From NCBI GenBank assembly GCA_964467335.1, contig CAYXPX010000004.1:1-33300 (forward strand): a stretch of 33,300 nucleotides of DNA, given 5' to 3'. Source of the DNA: Candidatus Woesearchaeota archaeon (lineage in GTDB: Archaea > Nanobdellota > Nanobdellia > SCGC-AAA011-G17 > GW2011-AR18). The position numbers and the translations under genes were made by a program. This document shows positions 16,198 to 25,041 of this stretch, in pieces; the stretch's first letter is position 1, and each line of letters starts with the position of its first letter. Under the pieces are notes generated by a model that was given only the letters and a program-made list of their open reading frames with translations, had not been told where the DNA came from and did no database searches.

Positions 16198-16248
16198 GAC
16201 AGAATGCAACAAAAAAGTCTATAAAAGCTTTGCTAAGTTTCAGCGCTA

Positions 16249-16260
16249 CTTTTATATACA
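16249..16260 (+). promoter_or_regulatory. putative TATA box for the 16280-27383 operon
   Basis: 'cttttatataca' centred about 26 nt upstream of the ATG at 16280. Confidence 0.4.
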
Positions 16261-16279
16261 TAAAAAATAGCTTTTATTT

Positions 16280-18316
16280 ATGCAAAAAAGGGGTCAAGCA
16301 GCAGCTTTCATAATCCTAGGTGTAATAATCCTAATTGTTGTGATAGGTTTTATGGCTGTGAAAACCGGTTTCTTAAGGGACCTTTTTGAAAAAATATCTG
16401 TGGAGAGAAGGGCTGTGCCACAGCAGATAAAACCACTGCAGGATTTTACAGACAGGTGCGTTGAGCAGACAACAGGAGAGGGCGCTGCCATCATAGGCCA
16501 GCAGGGAGGCTATATTTTTATTCAGGGAGATGAAATTCCAACAACACAATTTTCTCCGCTTGGTAGAAGCCTTGAAATAGTGCCTGCATCAGATTTCAGG
16601 ACAGCTGTGTGGTACAGGGAGAGCGGAAATGGAATACAAGAGTCAAACATGCCGTCAAAGCAAAAGATGGAAGAAGAACTGGCAGATTATATTAACTTAA
16701 ATTTTGCAGAATGCCTAAGCAACCTTACCTCATTTTCAGAGCAGGGATATTTAATAGAAGCTGATGCAGTGCCTAAAACAACAGCAAGAATAAACGAAAG
16801 AAGCATAGAATCAAGCGTTGAATTTCCAATAAATATAAGAATTCTTGATACAGAATTTACGCTTTCAGAACATGGAGGAGAGATTGACTCAAACCTGGGA
16901 CACCTGTATAATATGGCAGGCGAAATAATGAAAAAAGAAAATGATGACAATTTCCTTGAAGAAAAGACCATTGATATGCTTGTAGCATATAATGAAGAGG
17001 TTCCTTTTACAGGAACAGACCTTTCATGCAGCGAGAGAGTGTGGATAAAATCAGATGTTGAATTAAAACTTAAAAATATTTTATTTGAAAACATTGCAGC
17101 CATGAAGATAAAGGGCACGAATTATGAATTAAATGATGAAAGCCTTAAGTATCTGGAATTTGATCCTCTTTCAACAAAAGATGACACTGTTACTGCAAAC
17201 CTGATGTATATTCCTGACTGGCCAACATTTGTAGAAATAAATCCTTCAGAGGGAAATATACTAAGAAGCGATCCAGTATCCAAAAGAACAGGCGGCCTTG
17301 CAGGACTTGTATCATCATTCTTCTGTCTTAACACCTACAGGTTTGTTTATGACCTTAAGTATCCTGTGATGATAACATTAACTGATGACAGCGGCTTTTC
17401 ATTTCAGTTTGCAATGCAGGTAATAATAGACAACAACCAGCCCAAAGAAAACAAGCTTGAATTTCTTGAAGTTCCTGAGGCTGAAAATCCAATATGTGAC
17501 TTTCCACAAAGGGAGGTTACAATATTTACAGCAACACTTGATAAAAACGAAGACATTGCTCCACTTGAGGGAGTAAGCCTGAGCTACAAATGTTTTCCTG
17601 CTTCATGCCCGCTTGGAGAATCAGAGCTTAATCCAAAGGGCGAACCTGAATTAAGAACGCTTGTGCCATTATGCTTCAATGGAGTTATAGAGGGATCAAA
17701 AGAGGGATACAAACAGGTTCAAAAAATATTTTATTCATCAAACGACCCTGATGCTCCTCCATTTATGCTTGTTGTGCTTGAGCCTGTTTACAAAAAAAAT
17801 GTTGCTGTAAAGGTCATAGAGGAAGAAACTGGCGCTGTCAGAGAACCTTATGAAACAGAACAGATAAGCTTCCAGTTTTTGAGCACAGAAACAAATTTTC
17901 AGTCAAGCTATATTTATCCTGATGAAGAAATAAAAACAATTGAATTAATTCCAGGAGATTATACCTTTAATTCATACATAATTAGAGAGGCAAGCACTTA
18001 TAAAATTACATTTCCCAAGCAGACAATAGAAACATGCATTGATACCAGAGACTTTGGACTGTTTGGGTTCTTTAACCAGAAGCAGGTATGCAGTTCAACA
18101 GAGACTGAGCCTGCTGAGTTTGATACTGTACTGACTGGCGGAGCCATAAATGTTGAGCATGAATTCACAAGGGAGGAACTTGCAAGAGATGCGCCGTTAA
18201 CATTATATGTACTTTCGTCTTCAATACCTTCAGGCCAGGAAGATTTTCAGAATATTATGATAAAACTTGAAACAAATGAGGATCATCCATTATTTAGATA
18301 TCCGGAGATAGCATGA
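16280..18316 (+). CDS. extracellular protein with a type IV pilin-like (class III) signal peptide, 678 aa
   Basis: N-terminus 'MQKRGQAAAFIILGVIILIVVIGFMAV' has a short basic leader, Gly, then an uninterrupted hydrophobic helix, as in archaeal prepilin-peptidase substrates. The rest is unassigned. ATGA overlap with the next gene. Confidence 0.8.
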   Translation: MQKRGQAAAFIILGVIILIVVIGFMAVKTGFLRDLFEKISVERRAVPQQIKPLQDFTDRCVEQTTGEGAAIIGQQGGYIFIQGDEIPTTQFSPLGRSLEIVPASDFRTAVWYRESGNGIQESNMPSKQKMEEELADYINLNFAECLSNLTSFSEQGYLIEADAVPKTTARINERSIESSVEFPINIRILDTEFTLSEHGGEIDSNLGHLYNMAGEIMKKENDDNFLEEKTIDMLVAYNEEVPFTGTDLSCSERVWIKSDVELKLKNILFENIAAMKIKGTNYELNDESLKYLEFDPLSTKDDTVTANLMYIPDWPTFVEINPSEGNILRSDPVSKRTGGLAGLVSSFFCLNTYRFVYDLKYPVMITLTDDSGFSFQFAMQVIIDNNQPKENKLEFLEVPEAENPICDFPQREVTIFTATLDKNEDIAPLEGVSLSYKCFPASCPLGESELNPKGEPELRTLVPLCFNGVIEGSKEGYKQVQKIFYSSNDPDAPPFMLVVLEPVYKKNVAVKVIEEETGAVREPYETEQISFQFLSTETNFQSSYIYPDEEIKTIELIPGDYTFNSYIIREASTYKITFPKQTIETCIDTRDFGLFGFFNQKQVCSSTETEPAEFDTVLTGGAINVEHEFTREELARDAPLTLYVLSSSIPSGQEDFQNIMIKLETNEDHPLFRYPEIA

Positions 18317-21300
18317 ATAAGGCAAAAAAATTAGGGGCAATGTTCTGTATATTTCTGCTATTGTCAACTACTTTAATTTATGGCCAGACACTTGTTCCAA
18401 GGCAAGAGACTACAGATTTTACAGGGCCTGCAAGCCAGAGGGCTGATCCTCTGTTCGGAGGAAACCTTGGGGGATTTGCATACAGTGATCCATACCAGCA
18501 GGATGTGAGAAGACTAACCGGAGCTTATTCTTCACCTTTTGATGTTGCATTGGGGGAGGCAATACTTGTGATTCCTTCAAGGCAGGATCCGCCGCAGGTA
18601 AGACAGTCTGCACTTGAACAGCAGGATCTTCCTGTTTATGTTTATCTTAAAGGAATTACTGCAGGTTCATTATTATCCTCGCTGACAGGAGATGTTGAAT
18701 CAAGAGATCCATTATCAGGCATAACAAACATTCCTCCAATTGATTACATTGATATACAGGTTAATGCATCAAGCGAGGACTATGAATTTGTCAGGTTTGC
18801 AAGGCATATCAACCCAAGACCAAACAGACTATCGCTTGACAATCTCGGCATGCTTGCTGTTTATTTAAGAAAGCTCCCAAACGAGGAAGAAACGCCTGCA
18901 GACAATACAATAACACTTGACTTTAATGCAAGAATTTTTCTTAAGCTTGAAGAGAGCAATTTGCTTGGAGTTTCCCAGCAGGACCTTGCGCTAAAACAGT
19001 TTGAAAATGAGGAAGAATTTTTCAGAAACAAGAATGAGCATTCATTTTATTCTGGCAAGGGTTATGCAAGGGCAACAAGGATATCCGGAGATACAACTAC
19101 ATTATTAATTTATAACAGAGACTTAAGGCCTGTATCAGCAGCTTCAGGATTTTTAACAACAGAGGCAACAAGACAGGGATTAAGACAGCCTGTGCCAATT
19201 ACATTAAGAAGAGGAGAGGTTTCACAACCCTTAACATTTGCTTATACAGGAAATCCGCTGACTGACATGTTCAGAGTAAGACTTGATGATGTTTCCACTC
19301 CATCAGACAAGGCTGAGCTTGAATTTTACTTAAACGGAAGGACTGTAAGAAGAAAAGCAGCTGTAGGCAGAGAGATTTTTTCAGGCTCAAACTGGATTTT
19401 AAAATCAATAACAAAAACAGACAGCGGAAGAAAAGCTGACAACACAAACATTGATGCAATAGCGGCTGAGTTTAGTTTAAATGAGCAGGCAAAAAACAGA
19501 TTAATTTCAAGGGTGAATCAGCTTGGGAGTTTATCCATTTACCAGCATACAATAACACTTGAGAATAAAATAACACGTGACAGAAAATCATTGTCTTCAG
19601 AGATAATATCTGACAGCGGGGGAAACCAGCTTAAGGTTGATGTAGTTCCGATAGGCAGGGACTATGCTGAATCTCTTGAGGATGAATACTGCACTGAGGA
19701 AAACCCTGAAATTGCCAATGGAGATTTTGCATGCGATGCAATAAAATCATTCAAACAGATCATAAAATCATTTCCAGCATCTGCTGAAGCAGAAAAAGCA
19801 AAGAGAGATCTGGCTGAAATTTATGACCTGGAACTTATTGACTTCAAGTCATGCAGAAAAAAAGCTGACGGAAGGCCTGTTGATAAGAAAAAATGCGATG
19901 AGTTTAGAATGGACATGACTGACTTAGCACATTATTATTACACGCAAATTGGAGAGAAAGATACATTTGAAGCCAGATTTGGCGGCAAGGTTGGAAAGAT
20001 GCTTCTTGAGGATGAGGGAGCAACATTAAGCCTCTTAAGAACAATTAAACAGGAGGAGGAGCAGTCAACAATAAGCATAAAAATCTACAAGGATCCTTTA
20101 AGGCATGACGAAGTTCATAACATAAAGCAGCTTGATGAAATAATATTTCCTGACACAGAAATAAATTACAAGGGCAGTACAGATTATGTATGGAAAATAT
20201 CCTTAATAACAGGAGACTCAGCAACATTAAGACTTTTCAGGAAGAGCGGAGATTCTTATTCTGCAACACAGGAGGCGCCTGTCACATTAAAACTTGATGA
20301 GATAAAATCTGTCACAACATTATTCCCTGAAAGAGATGCGCTTGGAAATCCTGCAAGGCCGGAGGAAACAAGAAATGTTGTTCTGACAAAGGTGAATACT
20401 GTTGAGGAGGCATACATTACAATACTTCCAGGACCTGGGAGAGCATTTACAACTTCCACATTCAAAGTGCATATTCCTGTTGATCCAAGGCCATTTAAGT
20501 TAACACCACAACAAATGGAGTCACATATAAAAACGACAGAGGAAATAATTGAAAAATTAAATTCTGTAATTGAAAAGCTTGACAGGGTAATATCAACAAT
20601 GAAAAAATTATGCCTTGGCGTGTGGGCATTTTTAACATTAAAGAATTCAGTTTCAGGAACAAGAGCAATTGCAAGGCAGCACGTTTCTGAGAGCTATAAA
20701 TCAAGATGCCAGCAGGAGAGCCTTGAAAATCCTGACAAATTTCCCACAATGACAAGATGCCTTAACTTTTATTCTGATGAGATAACAAAAGACATAGACA
20801 GAACAGAGAAGCATATCAAAGACATTAACCTAAACATAAAGGGAAAGGCTATTGAGGATATAAATATGCTTGAATCTGATGATGAGAAAAAAATATGCGG
20901 AGGATTTACAGAATTTTCAGAGGCAGGCGCAGCGCTTGGAGCAAAAAATCAGGGAATAATAAAAGACTATAGGGACTGCCTGCTTTATGCAAAAATACAA
21001 AACGACAATGCAATAGGCGAGAACTATAAAAATTTCATTGCAGGAAGACTTGATGAATTAAAAACAAAACAGAGAGTTGAACTTTATAACAAGGCTAAGG
21101 CATTTGCTGATGCTGATTCTTCAGATTTATGGGACAGCAATAATGCAACGCATATAAGAAGGATAATTTCGCAGCTTGACAGCCAGAGGGAAACAGGGGA
21201 TGCAAAAATTGTTGATGTGGAATTCAAGAGACAGGAGCCTGGACTTTGGTTTGGAGATGCGCTTGTCCAAGACAGCTCTTCACCACAGGGAATAAAAACC

Positions 21301-24300
21301 ATCACATTAAGAGGACTGAACGAGTATGATGCAATAATACAGGACAATGAATTCAAAGACGATATACAGGCAAAAGAGCATATATGCAATGAAGTTTTGA
21401 GCAATGCAAAATGGGAAAATTCCAGATGTTCAGATGAAAATGTCCAAACAAGAAACAGAGATGACGAATTAGACAGAAAGATTCTGGATCTTAAGAAAAA
21501 GCCTGCAATGAACGGTCCATATCACAGGTTTATTACCAATGATTACTATGAAACTGCACATGGATTTCGTGCAGAATTAACAGAAAATGAATGCAAAAGA
21601 GTTAATGGAAAGTGGAAAGGAATTTTAGGCTCTGGCCTTCTAGCAGAATGTGAACCACAGGAGTATTCAACATCATATATTCTTGATTCAGCTGGAAGGC
21701 AGATAAACCAATTTTACTCAGAAGACCCTCTTCCAGCATATTACAGGGATGACGGCTTAACATATTGCTATCCAACAGGAAACGGGGATTATGCTTTGGT
21801 TGTAGAAAGATTCCAGGGGCAGAATAAACTAATAAACAAAATTACTGTATTTAATGTCGGCCCTAACGGCAGGATTGAGTGCGGCGCAGGAGATGATGAG
21901 ATTGTTCATCTTTCAGACAAACTGGATGTACTCCCTGAACTGAAGAGAAGCTATATTTCAAAAGAGCCGCAGGCAAGATGCACTCCAAAAGAGGATGGAA
22001 AATCTGTTGGCAGAAAAATTAACGGAAAAGATGTTGTATGCAAAACCGGACTTGCAGGCGACAGATATAATGAATTGTTAAAACCACAGTGCATTGATGT
22101 TATGGATCCTGCAGACTGCAAGATAATGTTTAACTTCTGCGATCCTGTGATGTGCCCAAGCTCAAGATGCACGCTTGGCGGCAGAGTGCCTGAGAGAGAT
22201 GTTATACAGTCTGGAATTATCGGATCAACTTTGTTATGCCTTCCAAATGTTAAGGAGGGAATTGCAGTACCTGTTTGTTTAACTGGAATAAGTGCGGGGT
22301 TGAAATCAATAAGAAGCGTTCTTGAGGGTTACAAAAGCTGCCTTGAAATAAAATTAAACAACAATGAAAACGTAGGTTTCTGCGATTACATAAGGTCTGT
22401 CGGAATATGCGAAGTTGTGTGGAAAGAGACTTATAATCTGTTAAATATTGGAGGGAGAGGACTGCTTGACTGGGTTTCAGGAAATGTATTCGGAGAGGCA
22501 AAGGGCGGAGGAGAATATTTAACGTTCCAGAGCAGCCTTGATAATGTAGGGAAAAGCGCCAGAGTATTTACTGAAGAATACAAAACAACTTATACAGCGC
22601 AATTTTTATCGCAGTCGACAGAAGATATAGGAACACAGATATGCAGGCTGAGTGTGAATGGAAAACTTCCAAATGTCGGCAAGATACTTGACCAGCTTAC
22701 AGAACCTGAAAATCCTCCGCAGTTTACAGCATTTTTTGATGAAAGACCCTATGCTGCGCCTGGAGAGGCACTGCCTTCGCCTACTATACCTGCAGGAACA
22801 CAGGAGGTTTCAATGTACAGGGTGCTTTACCACATTTATGCAGGCACTGGATTTTTCCAGGGAGCATACTCCCAGCCTGTAAGCTTATTTAATCCAAACA
22901 CACCATTAGGAGATCCGCAGGCAATTACTTATTCAGTGTTCCTGAGAAATCAGCAGCTAGGACTTCCAATTATGTATGTAACATTTTCAGGAGAATTAAG
23001 CCAGCAGATTGGTAGGATAGATCCTGGAAAGTTCCAGCAGCAGACTGTGCAAAAACCAGGGCCAAAGGGTTACAATGAAATATGTGTCGTGATAAACGGA
23101 GTTGAGCACTGCGGATTTGGGAAGGTTGGCACATCATTTGGATTTGATGAGCTGCAGGATGCATTAACTGCAGGAGAGGCAGCAGAGGAGATTAACTCTG
23201 CTGAGAAATGTGTTCCAAGCTCAAGAACATCAAGAGAATATTCAATTGCAAAGCTAGGAGCTGTTGCAGGTACTGCGCTTACAGTAGGAGGAACTGCAGC
23301 AGGAATTGCAACTTCTGGAATAGAAAAAGATCTCACGAGCACAGGAGTTGTAAGGGTATGCAGTGCAGAGTCTCCTACACCTGAAACAGGAAGATGGAGA
23401 AATGTTGGATCATGCGGAGAGGATGAGAGAGGGAAGAACCTTGGGGCATGCTGGCTTGACATGGAATCTGCAACAATCAAAGACAGAAAAATAAATGAAG
23501 ATTTGTACAGGGAGATATCTGAAAGAGCTGGAGAGAGATTTGAGTCAATAGATAAAAACACAGCAAGCGAGATATTTTTTGCATTGAACAAAAGAAGGGA
23601 TGCAATACTGCAGCAGCTTAGAAGCGAGATAAGAGACGCGCTTAGTGGGAGGGCACCAACATCTGAACCAAAGAAAATTGTCATAAGGCCGCCAGCACCT
23701 GTGACACTAGGCTTAAGAGCAGAGAATGTTTATGATGTATACCTAACAGACAAAGATATTGAGAGAGAGCTAAGCCCTTATATTTACAGAGAAGTGCAGG
23801 AACATGAAGGCATAGACTATTTTTTCATAAAATCAATAATAAAGAAAGAAAGCGACTGGAGAGAGGATCTTGTTGGGGCATGCGGAGAGGCAGGAATTAT
23901 ACAACTGCAACCATCTACTGCAGAAGATGCAATTAAACATGGTGCACCAATAACAAAAATACTCAATCCAATACCAGGAACAAGCATAAGTTTTAGGGGA
24001 GGATGTGACAGAGAATACGGCCAGGCACTTGAAAATTTTATCAGTGGAAAAAGTCATGAAGAGCTTGTTCAGCTTGACGAGAGATTTGATAATGAGAAGG
24101 CAATTAAGACAGCAATGATTTATTTTGAGAAATTTATTGTAAATGCCTACAAAAAAAATGAAATTCCATTAACTGTTGAAAACATTGCAGCAGGATATAA
24201 TGCAGGAGCTGGAGCTGTTATAAGCGGCAATATTCCTGAAAGAACAAAAGATAAATATATGCCGAATGTAAGAAGAGATTACGACAGCTTGTTTAACAAG

Positions 24301-25041
24301 GCGCAGCAGAGAATTGCTTCTGCAGGGGCAGCAGGAACAACCGCAGCAGCAGGAGTCGAAAAGGACGCTGAATGTGCAAGAGCATTTGGAACTGAGGACT
24401 ATGTTGCGATAGTACAGGACAATACAATTGCATGCGATGCAAATGACAGAGATTTGTGCTGCACAAGAAAAGAATTAGTGCCTCATATTGAGAGAATAAG
24501 AGAAACTGCTGCTAATGCAAAAAAAGTCATAGTAATAGTTGATCCTACAAGAACACCTGCTGACCAGAGACTTGCCTTCCTGGATTATCTTGCAGGAGGC
24601 GTACTTGCATGCGGACCAAACAGCATGAGCGGGCCAGAAAAAGAGGGAATTGCACGCAGAATTCCAAATACTGGAAATACAAAAGAGGAAAGAATACAAA
24701 CAACCTTAAGCAATTTAGATTCAGCAACAAAAGCAAAGATTAATGATGGATCAGAATATTTAAGATGTCCTCATGTTATGGGAAGGGCACTTGATATAAA
24801 GTTTGCAGGCATGCCAAGCATATACAAAGAATTAAAGGATATGACAGATTCAGAACTAATGGCTGTAAAACAGTTCCGTGAATTTATGTGCGACATTGGA
24901 TGGGCAAATTTAGGAAAAGAGTGGTGGCATTATGAAATAACATCTAGTTCATACAGAACAGCAAAAAATTCAAACAGCTGCCATTGGGGAACTTTGGTAG
25001 GACCTGAACCAGACGCAACTCCGGATTATAAATATGCATAA
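18313..25041 (+). CDS. giant secreted protein (2,242 aa) with a C-terminal SLT lytic transglycosylase module and an M15/LAS-type peptidoglycan peptidase module
   Basis: Uninterrupted 6.7 kb ORF. Sec signal 'MNKAKKLGAMFCIFLLLSTTLIYGQ'. SLT block 'IIKKESDWREDLVGACGEAGIIQLQPSTAE...AAGYNAGAGAV'. M15 block 'RTPADQRL...CPHVMGRALDIKF...GKEWWHYEI'. About 1,800 N-terminal residues are unassigned, including a Cys-rich segment. Confidence 0.85.
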   Translation: MNKAKKLGAMFCIFLLLSTTLIYGQTLVPRQETTDFTGPASQRADPLFGGNLGGFAYSDPYQQDVRRLTGAYSSPFDVALGEAILVIPSRQDPPQVRQSALEQQDLPVYVYLKGITAGSLLSSLTGDVESRDPLSGITNIPPIDYIDIQVNASSEDYEFVRFARHINPRPNRLSLDNLGMLAVYLRKLPNEEETPADNTITLDFNARIFLKLEESNLLGVSQQDLALKQFENEEEFFRNKNEHSFYSGKGYARATRISGDTTTLLIYNRDLRPVSAASGFLTTEATRQGLRQPVPITLRRGEVSQPLTFAYTGNPLTDMFRVRLDDVSTPSDKAELEFYLNGRTVRRKAAVGREIFSGSNWILKSITKTDSGRKADNTNIDAIAAEFSLNEQAKNRLISRVNQLGSLSIYQHTITLENKITRDRKSLSSEIISDSGGNQLKVDVVPIGRDYAESLEDEYCTEENPEIANGDFACDAIKSFKQIIKSFPASAEAEKAKRDLAEIYDLELIDFKSCRKKADGRPVDKKKCDEFRMDMTDLAHYYYTQIGEKDTFEARFGGKVGKMLLEDEGATLSLLRTIKQEEEQSTISIKIYKDPLRHDEVHNIKQLDEIIFPDTEINYKGSTDYVWKISLITGDSATLRLFRKSGDSYSATQEAPVTLKLDEIKSVTTLFPERDALGNPARPEETRNVVLTKVNTVEEAYITILPGPGRAFTTSTFKVHIPVDPRPFKLTPQQMESHIKTTEEIIEKLNSVIEKLDRVISTMKKLCLGVWAFLTLKNSVSGTRAIARQHVSESYKSRCQQESLENPDKFPTMTRCLNFYSDEITKDIDRTEKHIKDINLNIKGKAIEDINMLESDDEKKICGGFTEFSEAGAALGAKNQGIIKDYRDCLLYAKIQNDNAIGENYKNFIAGRLDELKTKQRVELYNKAKAFADADSSDLWDSNNATHIRRIISQLDSQRETGDAKIVDVEFKRQEPGLWFGDALVQDSSSPQGIKTITLRGLNEYDAIIQDNEFKDDIQAKEHICNEVLSNAKWENSRCSDENVQTRNRDDELDRKILDLKKKPAMNGPYHRFITNDYYETAHGFRAELTENECKRVNGKWKGILGSGLLAECEPQEYSTSYILDSAGRQINQFYSEDPLPAYYRDDGLTYCYPTGNGDYALVVERFQGQNKLINKITVFNVGPNGRIECGAGDDEIVHLSDKLDVLPELKRSYISKEPQARCTPKEDGKSVGRKINGKDVVCKTGLAGDRYNELLKPQCIDVMDPADCKIMFNFCDPVMCPSSRCTLGGRVPERDVIQSGIIGSTLLCLPNVKEGIAVPVCLTGISAGLKSIRSVLEGYKSCLEIKLNNNENVGFCDYIRSVGICEVVWKETYNLLNIGGRGLLDWVSGNVFGEAKGGGEYLTFQSSLDNVGKSARVFTEEYKTTYTAQFLSQSTEDIGTQICRLSVNGKLPNVGKILDQLTEPENPPQFTAFFDERPYAAPGEALPSPTIPAGTQEVSMYRVLYHIYAGTGFFQGAYSQPVSLFNPNTPLGDPQAITYSVFLRNQQLGLPIMYVTFSGELSQQIGRIDPGKFQQQTVQKPGPKGYNEICVVINGVEHCGFGKVGTSFGFDELQDALTAGEAAEEINSAEKCVPSSRTSREYSIAKLGAVAGTALTVGGTAAGIATSGIEKDLTSTGVVRVCSAESPTPETGRWRNVGSCGEDERGKNLGACWLDMESATIKDRKINEDLYREISERAGERFESIDKNTASEIFFALNKRRDAILQQLRSEIRDALSGRAPTSEPKKIVIRPPAPVTLGLRAENVYDVYLTDKDIERELSPYIYREVQEHEGIDYFFIKSIIKKESDWREDLVGACGEAGIIQLQPSTAEDAIKHGAPITKILNPIPGTSISFRGGCDREYGQALENFISGKSHEELVQLDERFDNEKAIKTAMIYFEKFIVNAYKKNEIPLTVENIAAGYNAGAGAVISGNIPERTKDKYMPNVRRDYDSLFNKAQQRIASAGAAGTTAAAGVEKDAECARAFGTEDYVAIVQDNTIACDANDRDLCCTRKELVPHIERIRETAANAKKVIVIVDPTRTPADQRLAFLDYLAGGVLACGPNSMSGPEKEGIARRIPNTGNTKEERIQTTLSNLDSATKAKINDGSEYLRCPHVMGRALDIKFAGMPSIYKELKDMTDSELMAVKQFREFMCDIGWANLGKEWWHYEITSSSYRTAKNSNSCHWGTLVGPEPDATPDYKYA
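23770..24300 (+). other. SLT (lytic transglycosylase, goose-lysozyme-like) domain of the giant protein
   Basis: Catalytic 'ES' in 'KSIIKKESDW', then 'GEAGIIQLQPSTAEDA' and 'IAAGYNAGAGAVISG' in the canonical order and spacing. Confidence 0.75.
24450..24960 (+). other. peptidase M15 / VanY-like (LAS zinc hydrolase) domain of the giant protein
   Basis: 'HVMGRALD' (H-x6-D zinc motif preceded by a small residue) and 'EWWHYE' (third ligand / E-x-W-H motif) about 45 aa apart. Confidence 0.65.

Noticed and set aside
23070-23684. A 204-aa minus-strand ORF, plus many 60-165-aa antisense or off-frame ORFs inside the giant gene, SRP54, the Cys-rich gene, apgM, trmB, rps3ae and tfb (e.g. 9840..10337, 8633..9007, 3364..3711, 1037..1345, 14952..15290, 15005..15322, 32374..32697, 30569..30913).
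   Set aside because: They lie fully inside confidently assigned genes on the other strand or frame. They have biased, hydrophobic or low-complexity translations and no promoter-like context.
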